From: Bryobacteraceae bacterium
GTDB lineage: Bacteria > Acidobacteriota > Terriglobia > Bryobacterales > Bryobacteraceae
Reading direction: 5' to 3'
Assembly (NCBI GenBank): GCA_036821995.1
Contig: DAISIM010000015.1
Span: 24,060-88,059 of the forward strand
DNA: 64,000 nucleotides
The position numbers and the translations under genes were made by a program. The notes under the pieces are model-generated. The model was not told where the DNA came from and made no database searches. It worked only from the letters and a program-made list of their open reading frames with translations. Position 1 is the first letter of the stretch. Every line of letters begins with the position of its first letter. Shown here in pieces: positions 19,603-29,096 of this stretch.

Positions 19603-21428
19603 GGCGGGGAAACCGGTTGAATGTCCTGAAACTGCATGTCGTAGAGCTTGCGGTAGAGGCCTCCACGGCTAAGCAATTCGTCGTGAGTGCCCTGCTCCAC
19701 GATGATGCCCGATTCCAGCGTCAGGATGCGGGAGGCGCGGCGGACCGTGGCCAGACGGTGGGCGATGACGATGACCGTGCGGTTCTGCATGAGGTTGCCA
19801 AGGGCTTGCTGCACCAGCATCTCACTTTGGGTGTCAAGGTGGCTGGTGGCCTCATCGAGGATGAGGATGGGAGGGTCCTTCAAGAGGGCGCGGGCGATGG
19901 AGAGGCGCTGCCGCTGGCCTCCGCTGAGCTTGGCGCCGCGCTCGCCCACAAGGGTATCGTAGCCCTGGGGGAAGCCTCGAATGAACTCATCGGCAAAGGC
20001 GTTGCGTGCTGCCTCCTCCACTTCCTCGCGGCTGGCGGAGGGGCGGCCATAGCGGATGTTGTTCAGCACCGTATCGTCAAAGAGAACGGTGTCCTGGGCC
20101 ACCATCGCGATTTGGCCGCGGAGGCTCTTCAGGGTGACGGTGCGAATGTTGTGGCCATCCACCAGAATACGACCGTGGGTGGGGTCGTAAAAGCGGGGTG
20201 CCAGGTTCACCAGCGTCGTCTTGCCCGCGCCGCTGGGGCCTACGATTGCCACCACCTCGCCGGCCTTCACTTCAAAGTTGAGCCCTCGCAGTACCTGCTG
20301 GTCTGGCGCGGAGCCATAGGCGAAGCGGACTTCCTCAAAGCGGATGCTGCTTTGGAAGGCGGGTAGGGCAGTAGCGCCGGGGGCATCCTGGATCTCTTCT
20401 GGTGCGGCGAGGTACTCAAAGACCTTTTGGGAAGCGCCAAGAGCCTGCTGGAAGATGTTGTGGATGCCGGTGAGCCGCTTCACGGGCTCATACAGCATGA
20501 GTAGGGCGATGACGAAGCTGGTGAACTCGCCAGCGCTCATCGTTTGGTCAAGGATACGGGAGCGGGCATAGCCGAGGAGAGCGACGATGGTGACGGCGCC
20601 GAAGACCTCAATGATGGGAGAGGCCATGGCCTGCTGGGCCACATAGCGCAGATTGCTCTTCTTGAGGGCGCGGGCGGCTGCTCGGAACCGCTCACTCTCT
20701 GTATCCTCCATGGTGAAGCTCTTCACCACCTGGTAGCCGCTCAATGTCTCCTGCAGGATCTGGTTGACGCCGGCGGCGTCATCCTGGGCGCGGCGGGTGA
20801 AGCGGCGGATGCGCCTGCCGATGCGGGCTGTGGGGATGAGCACGAAGGGCAACACGGTGAGGCTGACGAGGGAGAGCCGCCAGTCGTACTGCAGAATGAC
20901 GAACAGCAGCGCGATGGCGGTGAAGCCCTGGCGGAGAAGGTCAGCGAGGATGTGAGAGGTGGCCACCTGGATCTTCTCCAGATCCAGCATGATGGCGGAC
21001 ATCATGGCGCTGGTGTTGTTCTGCTCAAAGAAGCGGGCGCTCTGGCGGAGGACCTTGTCGAAGACACGCTGGCGGAGGTCAGTGATGGCGGAGAAGCCTA
21101 CGAAATTCACCAAGTAGTTGCCGGTGTAGTCCGCTAGGCCCTTTGAGAAGAACACCAGGAGGATGGCGAAGGCCACCATCTGCCAGGAATCACCAAGGAA
21201 CCCCGGCACGAGGTCGTTGAGGTAAAGGCTGCGATGGATGCCGGGCAGCGTGAGAAGCAGCACGGGCTGGGAGGCGGCTTCGGGCTGGAGGACGCGATCA
21301 AAGATGGGCTTGATGAGCAGGGCCAGCATCCCCTGGGCCAAGCCGACATAGGCCATCAGGAAGACGGAGGCGCCCAGGTGGAGCGAGTAAGGGCGGGAGT
21401 AGCTGAGGAGCTTGCCGATTCCGGTCAT
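19599..21428 (-). CDS. MsbA-like ABC exporter (fused permease/ATPase)
   Basis: Six-TM domain, then Walker A GPSGAGKTT, signature LSGGQRQR and Walker B ILILDEATS. The ATG at 21428 overlaps the stop of the upstream GT9 gene. The longer ORF to 21563 is rejected. Confidence 0.85.
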   Translation of the reverse strand: MTGIGKLLSYSRPYSLHLGASVFLMAYVGLAQGMLALLIKPIFDRVLQPEAASQPVLLLTLPGIHRSLYLNDLVPGFLGDSWQMVAFAILLVFFSKGLADYTGNYLVNFVGFSAITDLRQRVFDKVLRQSARFFEQNNTSAMMSAIMLDLEKIQVATSHILADLLRQGFTAIALLFVILQYDWRLSLVSLTVLPFVLIPTARIGRRIRRFTRRAQDDAAGVNQILQETLSGYQVVKSFTMEDTESERFRAAARALKKSNLRYVAQQAMASPIIEVFGAVTIVALLGYARSRILDQTMSAGEFTSFVIALLMLYEPVKRLTGIHNIFQQALGASQKVFEYLAAPEEIQDAPGATALPAFQSSIRFEEVRFAYGSAPDQQVLRGLNFEVKAGEVVAIVGPSGAGKTTLVNLAPRFYDPTHGRILVDGHNIRTVTLKSLRGQIAMVAQDTVLFDDTVLNNIRYGRPSASREEVEEAARNAFADEFIRGFPQGYDTLVGERGAKLSGGQRQRLSIARALLKDPPILILDEATSHLDTQSEMLVQQALGNLMQNRTVIVIAHRLATVRRASRILTLESGIIVEQGTHDELLSRGGLYRKLYDMQFQDIQPVSPP

Positions 21429-22360
21429 GCAGCGCCTCCGCGGGCGGGACCGAGGAGTTCGGCGGCGGCCCGGCTGAGGGCAGCGGTGACGGTGGCAAGA
21501 GGGATGTCCGCAACCGGGGTGTGGACAATCTGGCGGAGTTGGGGGCAGCGCCAAGGTGCCCAAACCACTGGGTCGCTGCCACCAAAGAGCACCACCCCTG
21601 GGCGGGCGAAACCCGCGGCGACATGGGCGGGGCCAGAATCGTTACCCACGAAGAGGGTGGCGCCGGCGATGAGGCCCATCACCTGCTTGAGGGGAGCGCC
21701 GGCAACCTGGGTGAAGCCTTGGAAGGGTTCCAGTTCAGCGGGGTTTGCCCCGATGAAGACGGGCTGAAAGCGGAGTTCCTGCTCCACCCAGGTGGCGAGT
21801 GCGCGGAAGTGGGCGGCGGGCCAGATCTTCTCAGGGGCCGTGGCCTGCGGATGAAGAATACAGTAGGGGCGCGACCGGACAGGAATGGGGGCGGCCAGTC
21901 GGGCGGCGGGGATGTGGGAGGCGGGCAGGCCAAGGTGAAAGAAGGCGGAGGCGACATGCTCAGCGGTATGGACCGTACGCTCTTCGCCCAGTACCTGTTG
22001 AGCGCGTGGGAGACGCAGATTGTAGATGGCCTGGGCGCGGAAGTGGGCAAAGCCCGCCCGCCAGCGGGCCAAGGAAAGAGCAGTGATCCAGGCGCTGCGG
22101 GTGCCCCCATGGAGGTTCACCGTCAGGTGCGGCCGCCAGCCGGAAAGCGCCGTGCGATGGGGAGGGAAGAGGTGGGCGATGTCAGGATTACCGGTGTAGA
22201 TGTCCCGGAAGCGGTGGTCCACCACCACACCGATCTGGAGGTCAGGCCTGTAGTCCTTCAGCAGGCGGATGGCGGGGGTGGTAAGGACGCAATCGCCCAT
22301 CGACCGGAGGCGCACCAACGCCACGCGGCTGCCGGTAGCGAGTGTGTCAAGAAAGGGCAC
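21425..22360 (-). CDS. Glycosyltransferase family 9 (LPS heptosyltransferase-like)
   Basis: VALVRLRSMGDCVLTTPAIRLLK N-terminus and the C-terminal FVGNDSGPAHVAAG motif are typical of RfaF/RfaC-type enzymes. Confidence 0.85.
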   Translation of the reverse strand: MPFLDTLATGSRVALVRLRSMGDCVLTTPAIRLLKDYRPDLQIGVVVDHRFRDIYTGNPDIAHLFPPHRTALSGWRPHLTVNLHGGTRSAWITALSLARWRAGFAHFRAQAIYNLRLPRAQQVLGEERTVHTAEHVASAFFHLGLPASHIPAARLAAPIPVRSRPYCILHPQATAPEKIWPAAHFRALATWVEQELRFQPVFIGANPAELEPFQGFTQVAGAPLKQVMGLIAGATLFVGNDSGPAHVAAGFARPGVVLFGGSDPVVWAPWRCPQLRQIVHTPVADIPLATVTAALSRAAAELLGPARGGAA

Positions 22361-22365
22361 GCGGC

Positions 22366-23037
22366 TTAGGCTCCGGCGAGTTCCTGCCGTGTCTTCTCGA
22401 CGATCTCGACAAACTGGCGGGCGGTGTCCTCAATGGTGGCGTAATCGCCCTTCTTGAGCGCGGCGGCGCTGACGAGTTCGCCACCGACAGCGATGGCACA
22501 GGACCCGGCGCGGAGGAAATCGGCGGCGGTTTCGAGGCTAACACCCCCGGTGGGAATCATGTCGATCTGGGGGAATGGCCCCTTCAGCGCCTTGATGTAC
22601 TTGGCTCCGCCCATGCTGCCAGCGGGGAAGACCTTGACGATGTCCGCGCCACATTCCCAAGCGGTGAGGACCTCAGTGGGGGTGAGTGCGCCGGGCATGA
22701 TGGGGTGAGCGTAGCGATGCGCCATCTCAACGCAGGAGAGGCGAAAGCTGGGGGTGACGAAAAAGCGAGCGCCAGCAAGTTGGGCCGCACGGAGACTCTC
22801 GGGGTCAAGCACGGTGCCGGCCCCGAGCAGGATCTTGTCGCCCATGGAGTCCGCTACCTTTTCGATGGCCTTGATGGCTCCGGGTACGGTCATGGTGATC
22901 TCCGCGCAGGCAATTCCACCCCGATAGAGGGCCTCGACGGCGAGGATGGCCGTTTCCACCGATGGGGTGCGCACGACGGGCACAATGCCGATTTCCAGTA
23001 GCCGCTGCCGGATTGCTTCCTTGCTCATACCACCCAT
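22366..23037 (-). CDS. eda: KDPG / 4-hydroxy-2-oxoglutarate aldolase
   Basis: The C-terminal 223 aa of ORF 22366..23418 align along the full length of Eda. The Glu (CAEITM) and Schiff-base Lys (DIVKVFPA) contexts are present. Start at ATG 23037 or 23028. Confidence 0.88.
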   Translation of the reverse strand: MGGMSKEAIRQRLLEIGIVPVVRTPSVETAILAVEALYRGGIACAEITMTVPGAIKAIEKVADSMGDKILLGAGTVLDPESLRAAQLAGARFFVTPSFRLSCVEMAHRYAHPIMPGALTPTEVLTAWECGADIVKVFPAGSMGGAKYIKALKGPFPQIDMIPTGGVSLETAADFLRAGSCAIAVGGELVSAAALKKGDYATIEDTARQFVEIVEKTRQELAGA

Positions 23038-23118
23038 CAGTGTACCAACGCGGTTCCGGGAATACCGGAGCCGGTTGGGGCGTATGATGGGCGGTGGCGG
23101 GAGGTGCGTGAACCGGCA

Positions 23119-23346
23119 ATGAGAATTTCGGTGCGGGTGAAGCCGGGGGCGAGGTGCGACCGGGTGGAACTGCGCGAGGATGGAGGACTTACCGTGCAGG
23201 TAAAGGCCGCACCGGTGGATGGGAAGGCCAATGAAGCAGTGATTGCCCTTCTGGCGAAGCACTTCGGGGTGAAGCGGGGCGCGGTAACCCTGCGGCAAGG
23301 GCTGTCGAGCCGGGACAAGGTGTTTGAGGTAGCCCAGGAGGGCTGA
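23119..23346 (+). CDS. DUF167 (YggU-family) protein
   Basis: MRISVRVKPGARCDRVE...VKAAPVDGKANEAVIALLAKHFGV is the YggU signature. Confidence 0.8.
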   Translation: MRISVRVKPGARCDRVELREDGGLTVQVKAAPVDGKANEAVIALLAKHFGVKRGAVTLRQGLSSRDKVFEVAQEG

Positions 23347-23357
23347 GTGTACTGAGC

Positions 23358-23501
23358 TTCCGACAGATCCGACACATCCGACACATCCGACACATCCGAC
23401 ACCTCCGACACGTTTCACGAGTTCCCCAGATCCGACACATCCGACGCCCTCCGCAGGTCCCGCATGTTAGACACATCCGACACATCCGACACATCCGACA
23501 T
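23358..23501. repeat. Tandem array of a 9-bp unit (consensus ATCCGACAC), 16 units in one register, with degenerate central units
   Basis: Near-perfect copies sit at 23358-23411 (6), 23430-23447 (2) and 23466-23501 (4). These blocks start at offsets 0, 72 and 108, all multiples of 9. The units between them look like decayed copies (gtttcacga, gttccccag, cctccgcag, gtcccgcat). Confidence 0.9.
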
Positions 23502-23847
23502 GTTTTGCGATTCGCGGCAGGCGCCGGGTGGGATAGTAGATTCCCTGATGAGTGCTGCCCGTTACCTGTTGGAAGCAGCGCGATATGCCGATGATAGCGA
23601 TGCCAAAGTAGACGGCGGATGCAGGATGGGGGGGAGAGTAGGGTGCTTTCGGGCCTAAGTGTCTCCAATTGAGCAGGTTAGGTAAGGTTCAAGAAGACTG
23701 CAGAGTGGTGTGACCGGGGTGAAGATCGGCCAGGGATGGGTGGGGAAATCAGGGGGGTCGGGTATAATGAAGGTTTGCGGTGGCGTTCGACGGGACGTCA
23801 ATTTGCGATGGAAAGGGTCCCTAGTAAGCAGGGAATGGTTTGCAGGT

Positions 23848-24303
23848 ATGGCGATCACGAAAATGCCGGAAGGCTACAGGCCACCGAAGGCGGAAGTGGA
23901 TTGGGAAGGCTTTAAGGCTCGCTGCCGCGCGGAACACAATGTGCGCGTGGTGACTGAGGAGGAAGCGGGAACCCCGATTGACCGCATCACGAACGGTGTG
24001 TACGGCTACAGCTTTTCCGCGAGCTTTGACACCCCCTCGCCCGTGTTTGTGCAACCTGCCTTCCAGGCATTTGAGTACCACCGGTTGCCTAACGGCGATG
24101 TGGCGGTGTTGGGCTGTGTACGGCCCGAGGACGGAGCAAAGCTGGAGAAGGGCGAGTTTGTGGCGTTGCGGCTTTACCCGGAGCCGTACGACGAGGCCGT
24201 AGCACCTGTGGTGATCCTCTACAAGCACGTTGTGCGGTCAAACAACAAGGTATCCAGGGCCAACGGGAACTACATCGAGTTCGATGTGAAGCGCGAGGAC
24301 TAG
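23848..24303 (+). CDS. Hypothetical protein (no recognisable domain)
   Basis: 151 aa counted from the ATG at 23848 within ORF 23710..24303. Third-position GC rises sharply only after 23848. No motif recognised. Confidence 0.55.
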   Translation: MAITKMPEGYRPPKAEVDWEGFKARCRAEHNVRVVTEEEAGTPIDRITNGVYGYSFSASFDTPSPVFVQPAFQAFEYHRLPNGDVAVLGCVRPEDGAKLEKGEFVALRLYPEPYDEAVAPVVILYKHVVRSNNKVSRANGNYIEFDVKRED

Positions 24304-24483
24304 GCACCGGCCGGCACAGCACCTGCCTGGTTGCGCGACGATGCCTGCCCACTACGTGGGAAGCGCGGGGAAGCGTCGATTTTCAACGCTGCGCTGGATG
24401 CGTGTTTCCATTGCACGCCGATACATGTATGCGCGGGGTGCGCTGCGGCCGGTAGCTGGCTTGGCTGGTAAGCTAACGAGTTG

Positions 24484-25110
24484 ATGACTCCCTGGATGCA
24501 AGTGCCATTGGCCGACTATGAGGGCCACATGAATGCGACGGGCGTGGAGCAGCTGGCTCCGCTGCGTGGATTGTTTGCCAAGGCTCTCGCGTGGACACAG
24601 CCTTCGTCCGTGGCGATTCTGGGAATTGCGGGCGGCAACGGGTTGGACGCGATTGACGTGGAGCAGACCCGGCGGGTGGTAGGGATTGATATCCATCCGG
24701 AGTACCTGAAAGCCGTGGCGGAACGCTACGGAGGACTGCCGGGATTGGAATTGCATCAGGCGGACCTTGCGGGGCAGGCAGTGACGGTGGCCAAGGTGGA
24801 GCATGTCCACGTGGCGCTTGTCTTTGAGCACGCGGGCACGGGGCAGTGCCTCGATAATGCGCTGTCACTGGTTGAGCCGGGGGGATGGCTGTCGGTGGTG
24901 CTGCAGTTACCCAGTGAGAGCGAGCATGGGGTGAGCCCGACGGGCTATGCGTCGCTGCAGGCGTTGAAGCCGCACTTCTGCCTTGTGGACCCGGCTGCGT
25001 TTGTGGTGGAGCTTGCCGCGCGCGGGTTTGGGATGGCGACGGAAGACCGGGTGGAACTTCCCGCGGGCAAGGCCTTCTGGCAGGGCATTTTCCGGCGCGG
25101 CGAGGGATAG
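24484..25110 (+). CDS. Class I SAM-dependent methyltransferase
   Basis: Motif I VAILGIAGGNGLD, followed by the acidic loop VVGIDIHPE and a post-I/II pattern. Substrate unknown. Confidence 0.75.
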   Translation: MTPWMQVPLADYEGHMNATGVEQLAPLRGLFAKALAWTQPSSVAILGIAGGNGLDAIDVEQTRRVVGIDIHPEYLKAVAERYGGLPGLELHQADLAGQAVTVAKVEHVHVALVFEHAGTGQCLDNALSLVEPGGWLSVVLQLPSESEHGVSPTGYASLQALKPHFCLVDPAAFVVELAARGFGMATEDRVELPAGKAFWQGIFRRGEG

Positions 25111-25139
25111 CCGCGGTAAAGGTCCAGGGGCTGGCTCGG

Positions 25140-26144
25140 CTAGAATTCCCTTTGGACGATGAAGTCCGGAATGGACTGCAAGGCGCGCTGGGCGGGAGAA
25201 TCAGGGAACTGGGCAATGAGGAGATTTGCCTCAGCGGTGTAGCGCTCAGCGGTCTGACGGGCGTGAAGGATGCCGCCCCTGGCTTCGACGATTTCAAGGA
25301 TACGGCTGAAGGGCACGCGGCTGTAGTCGCGATCTGCGAGGACCTGGGCAACCTCGTCGCGTTCGGACGGGGAGGCGGATTCCAGGGCGGCGAGTAGCGG
25401 CAGTGTGATTTTGCCCTCGCGGAGATCGCTGCCGACGGGCTTGCCGAGAACTTCTTCGGTAGCGGTGAAGTCAAGGACGTCGTCGATCAACTGAAATGCC
25501 ATGCCGAGGTTCCAGGCGAAATGGCCGAGGCGGAGTTCTTCCTCGTCAGTTGCGTTACCGGCAATGGCGCCGAGGCGGGCGCACGCGGAGAAGAGGCTGG
25601 CGGTTTTGCGGTCAACCAACTCCACATACTCATGGCGTTCCACCATGCGGCCAATGAGGCGGGCCTGGAGAAGTTCACCCTCCACCATTTTTTGGGTGAG
25701 GGAGATCAAAAGGTCAAGGAGGTGGAAATCGCGAACGCGCAGGGCGATCTGAAAGGCCTGCATGTAGAGCCAGTCGCCGGCGAGGACGCTGGTGTGATTG
25801 CCCCAGATGGCGTTGGTGGAGGCGTCGCCACGGCGGGTTTCGGCCTCGTCGATGACGTCATCGTGGATGAGGGTGGCCGTATGGATGAGTTCGACGACGG
25901 CGGCAAGTTGTACGCTGGCAGCGGGGTTGCGTCCGGGGAATAGCTTGGAAGTGAGCAGCACCAGGGTGGGGCGCATGCGTTTCCCGCCGCTTTGTTGCAG
26001 GTGGGCGGCGATTTTGGTGACGGCATCCTCAGAGGCGACGGTCTCCAAGCTGAACTCTTCCTCCACCCGGCACAAGTCCTGATGAACGAGGTCGAAGATC
26101 TCCTTGGCCGTGAGGGTGCGACTCAAATGGCTGGTGATGCTCAT
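25140..26144 (-). CDS. Long-chain polyprenyl diphosphate synthase (IspB-like)
   Basis: First and second Asp-rich motifs LIHDDVIDEAETRRG and FQLIDDVLD. Confidence 0.9.
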   Translation of the reverse strand: MSITSHLSRTLTAKEIFDLVHQDLCRVEEEFSLETVASEDAVTKIAAHLQQSGGKRMRPTLVLLTSKLFPGRNPAASVQLAAVVELIHTATLIHDDVIDEAETRRGDASTNAIWGNHTSVLAGDWLYMQAFQIALRVRDFHLLDLLISLTQKMVEGELLQARLIGRMVERHEYVELVDRKTASLFSACARLGAIAGNATDEEELRLGHFAWNLGMAFQLIDDVLDFTATEEVLGKPVGSDLREGKITLPLLAALESASPSERDEVAQVLADRDYSRVPFSRILEIVEARGGILHARQTAERYTAEANLLIAQFPDSPAQRALQSIPDFIVQREF

Positions 26145-26160
26145 GAAGCGAATTCCTAGT

Positions 26161-26991
26161 TTACTGATTCGCTGTCAGCCGGGCAAAGAACAAATCCTGC
26201 ACGTTTTTCCAGGTGGCCTGCTGAAGGGCGAGAAAATCGATACCCAGGACCCCCGCGAGGCGGTGCGCGGTGTGCACGACAAAGGCCGGTTCATTGCGGC
26301 GGCCGCGATGGGGGATTGGAGCGAGATAGGGGGCATCCGTTTCCAGAACGATGCGATTCAGGGGTGTAAGGGCAGCGGCAGCACGAAGTTCCTCGGCCTT
26401 GGGAAAGGTAAGGACCCCACCAAAGCCAAGGTGGAAACCGAGGGAGAGGGCTTCAGTGGCTTGTGCGGGCGAGCCGGAAAAGCAATGGAAAATCCCGCCG
26501 GGTCCAGCGCCGTTCCAGACATCGCGGATGCACTGGACGGTATCGGCCCAGGCTTCGCGGGTGTGGATGCTGACGGGCATGTTGAGATCGGACGCAAGTT
26601 CAAGCTGGCGATGGAAGACGTCGCGCTGGACCTCGCGGGGGGAGTGGTCGTAGTGGTAGTCGAGGCCCATTTCCCCAAGGTGGAGGACCTTGGGATGGGT
26701 GGCGAGGCGACGGATGGCGGTGAAGGAATCGGGGGTGGCCTTGGCGGCATCGTGGGGGTGCACGCCAACGCTGGCGAAGACCTGGGGGTAGCGATCCGCC
26801 ATGCGGATGCCCGCTTCCAGGTCAGGGGGGCCGTCACCAGTACCGATAGAAATCATGCAGGCGACGCCGGCGTCGAGGGCGGCTTGGACAATGGCATCCC
26901 GATCCTGGTTGTAGCGGTGGTCGTCAAGATGGCAGTGGGTATCCACCCAAGCGGATTGGCGGGCTTGCCCGGCGCATTCCTGGGGGATCAC
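26161..26991 (-). CDS. TatD-family metal-dependent hydrolase
   Basis: WVDTHCHLDD, the HTREAW-type block (SIHTREAWAD), FHCFSG and ETDAPYL motifs. GTGA overlap with the metG stop. Confidence 0.88.
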   Translation of the reverse strand: MIPQECAGQARQSAWVDTHCHLDDHRYNQDRDAIVQAALDAGVACMISIGTGDGPPDLEAGIRMADRYPQVFASVGVHPHDAAKATPDSFTAIRRLATHPKVLHLGEMGLDYHYDHSPREVQRDVFHRQLELASDLNMPVSIHTREAWADTVQCIRDVWNGAGPGGIFHCFSGSPAQATEALSLGFHLGFGGVLTFPKAEELRAAAALTPLNRIVLETDAPYLAPIPHRGRRNEPAFVVHTAHRLAGVLGIDFLALQQATWKNVQDLFFARLTANQ

Positions 26992-29018
26992 TTGAGGCGC
27001 GCTCCGACGGGGACGTCTTCGAGAAAGCTGGCCAATACGGGACTACCGCCTTCAAGGGAGGCGGCCAGCAGCATGCCGTTCGAAGTAAGGCCGCGCAGCT
27101 TGCGTGGGGCGAGGTTGGCCACGACGCAGATTTTGCGGCCGATGAGCTGCTCTGGCTTGTAGGCCAACGCAATGCCGGCGACGATTTCGCGGGGCTGAGC
27201 TTCGCCGATGTCGACCTTGATGTGCAGGAGCTTGTCGGCCTTGGGGACGGGCTCCACCGAGAGGACGAGGCCAACACGGATATCGACCTTGACGAAATCG
27301 TCGATGGTGATTTCATCGGCGAGTGGCGGCGAGAGGGTGACGGCGCCTGCCGGAGCTTCGGAGGCGGGGTCTGGTTCTTTGCCCAGCATCCGGGCCTGGG
27401 AGATGGCGGTTTCAGCTTCGAGTTCGCGCATGCGGGCGATGACCTCCTCGGGTTTCAGACGGGGGAAGAGCGGGGTGTCGGCAAGGGTACCAACAACGCT
27501 GCCGGCGGGGAGTTGGCCCCACTGGAGGGTGTCCCAGGCGAGATCCTGAACGCGGGCGGGAAGCGGGCCAGTGGCAGAGCAGCCGAGGAGATCCCAGAGC
27601 CGCTGGGCTGTGGTGGGGAGTACAGGCGAGCAGAGGGCAGCGACGAGGCGGAGGGCTTCGGCGGCGCAATAGAGGGTGTCGTCCAGGAGCGTGGCGCTTT
27701 CCGGGGTGCCAGCCTTGGCGAGGGTCCAGGGCTTGCGCTCCACGATGAACTTGTCTACGTGGCTGATGAGAGTCCAGATGGCTTCCAGGGCTCGGGAAAA
27801 CTCGAGCTTCTCATATCCTTCCCCGGTGGTGGCGATGGCCTGGGCAGCGGCGGCGGCGAGAGGAGAATCTCCAGCCGCGGAAGAGTGGGGGACAGCGCCG
27901 TTGCGGTACTGGTGAATCATGGACAGAGTGCGGCTGGCGAGGTTACCCAACCCATTTGCGAGATCAGAGTTGAAGCGCTGGACGAGAGCGTCGTAGCTGA
28001 AACTACCGTCGTGGCCGAAGGGAATCTCGCGGAGCAGGAAGTAGCGCAGACCTTCAATGCCCATCACCTGGTGGATGGGCTCCGCGCGAACGATGTTGCC
28101 GCGGGACTTGCTCATCTTGTCGTTCTCAAAGAGAAGCCATCCGTGAGCGAAGATCTTGCGGGGAATGGGCCAGCCTGCACCCATGAGGAAGGCGGGCCAG
28201 TAGACGGCATGGAAACGAAGGATTTCCTTGCCGATGAGGTGGAGGTCAGCCGGCCAGCGGTTCTCTCCGTCGACGGCTGTGTAGTAAGAACTGAGAGCGT
28301 CGAACCATACGTAGAAGACCTGGCCGTCGCCGGTGGGGAGGGGGATCCCCCAGGAGATGGAGCCGCGGCTGATGGAGAGGTCTTCGAGGCCGCCTTCGAC
28401 GAAACGCAATACTTCATTGCGGCGGAAGTCGGGCTGAACGAAGTCAGGCTGGGCGGAGTATAGATCCAGAAGGCGCTGTTGGAAGGCCGAGAGGCGGAAG
28501 AAGTAGTTTTCTTCCGTGACCTCTTCCAGGGGCTGTCCGTTGACGGGAGAGACGTCGCCGGGTTTGGCGCCTTGGACGAAGGTTTCCTCACCGACATCGT
28601 ACATGCCGGTGTAGGACTGCTTGTAGATGAAGCCGTTCTCCTGGTTACGGAGGAACAGGTCCTGGACAGTTTTGACGTGGCGGGAGTCAGTGGTGCGGAT
28701 GAAACGGTCCTGGGGATTGGTATCGGGGTCAACGAGGCCCAGCAGCTTCCACTGGCGGCGGAACTCGTTGGAGACGATGGTGGTGAACTCGACGGGGGAC
28801 TTACCGGTTTTCCTGGCGGAGCGCTCAATCTTGAGGCCGTGCTCATCGGTGCCAGTGGTGAGGACAGCGTCAAAGCCCTGCATCCGCTTGAAACGGCGGA
28901 TGGTGTCGGCCGCGAGGGTGGTGTAGGTGTGGCCGATGTGAGGCGCAGCGTTCACGTAGTAGATGGGCGTGGTGAGGTAATAGTTCTTGGTTGATTCCGG
29001 CACAGGCGTTTCCTTCAT
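26988..29018 (-). CDS. metG: Methionine--tRNA ligase with C-terminal tRNA-binding (Trbp111/EMAP-like) domain
   Basis: HIGH motif (APHIGHTYT), KMSKS (DKMSKSRGN), and a C-terminal VGLVLSVEPVPKADKLLHIKVDIG OB-fold. ATG at 29018. Confidence 0.95.
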   Translation of the reverse strand: MKETPVPESTKNYYLTTPIYYVNAAPHIGHTYTTLAADTIRRFKRMQGFDAVLTTGTDEHGLKIERSARKTGKSPVEFTTIVSNEFRRQWKLLGLVDPDTNPQDRFIRTTDSRHVKTVQDLFLRNQENGFIYKQSYTGMYDVGEETFVQGAKPGDVSPVNGQPLEEVTEENYFFRLSAFQQRLLDLYSAQPDFVQPDFRRNEVLRFVEGGLEDLSISRGSISWGIPLPTGDGQVFYVWFDALSSYYTAVDGENRWPADLHLIGKEILRFHAVYWPAFLMGAGWPIPRKIFAHGWLLFENDKMSKSRGNIVRAEPIHQVMGIEGLRYFLLREIPFGHDGSFSYDALVQRFNSDLANGLGNLASRTLSMIHQYRNGAVPHSSAAGDSPLAAAAAQAIATTGEGYEKLEFSRALEAIWTLISHVDKFIVERKPWTLAKAGTPESATLLDDTLYCAAEALRLVAALCSPVLPTTAQRLWDLLGCSATGPLPARVQDLAWDTLQWGQLPAGSVVGTLADTPLFPRLKPEEVIARMRELEAETAISQARMLGKEPDPASEAPAGAVTLSPPLADEITIDDFVKVDIRVGLVLSVEPVPKADKLLHIKVDIGEAQPREIVAGIALAYKPEQLIGRKICVVANLAPRKLRGLTSNGMLLAASLEGGSPVLASFLEDVPVGARLK

Positions 29019-29096
29019 GGCGAACAGCACGCGGGCTGCCGCGGATGCAGGCCCGACGCCGACTTGAGGCGGCGGACGGGCCGGGGCGAACGATCT

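Noticed and set aside
22366-23418. 350-aa minus-strand ORF starting MKRVGGVGCVGCVGCVG
   Set aside because: Only the C-terminal 223 aa match Eda. The N-terminal extension reads through the repeat array and overlaps the DUF167 gene on the opposite strand. It is a high-GC read-through artefact.
23358-23501. The 9-bp repeat array as a CRISPR array or as a cluster of DnaA boxes (oriC)
   Set aside because: The units are 9 bp and contiguous, with no spacers, so this is not a CRISPR. ATCCGACA resembles the DnaA box core ATCCACA but has an inserted G. There is no AT-rich unwinding element nearby and no dnaA/dnaN adjacency.
24473-25474. 333-aa Pro/Ala/Ser-rich minus-strand ORF
   Set aside because: It is antisense to the methyltransferase gene and in an alternative frame over the 3' end of the polyprenyl synthase gene. 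The composition is low-complexity, typical of spurious frames in high-GC DNA.
27222-28463. 413-aa plus-strand ORF (also 26104..27162 and 29064..29744)
   Set aside because: These are shadow ORFs antisense to metG, tatD and larC. No motifs are present.
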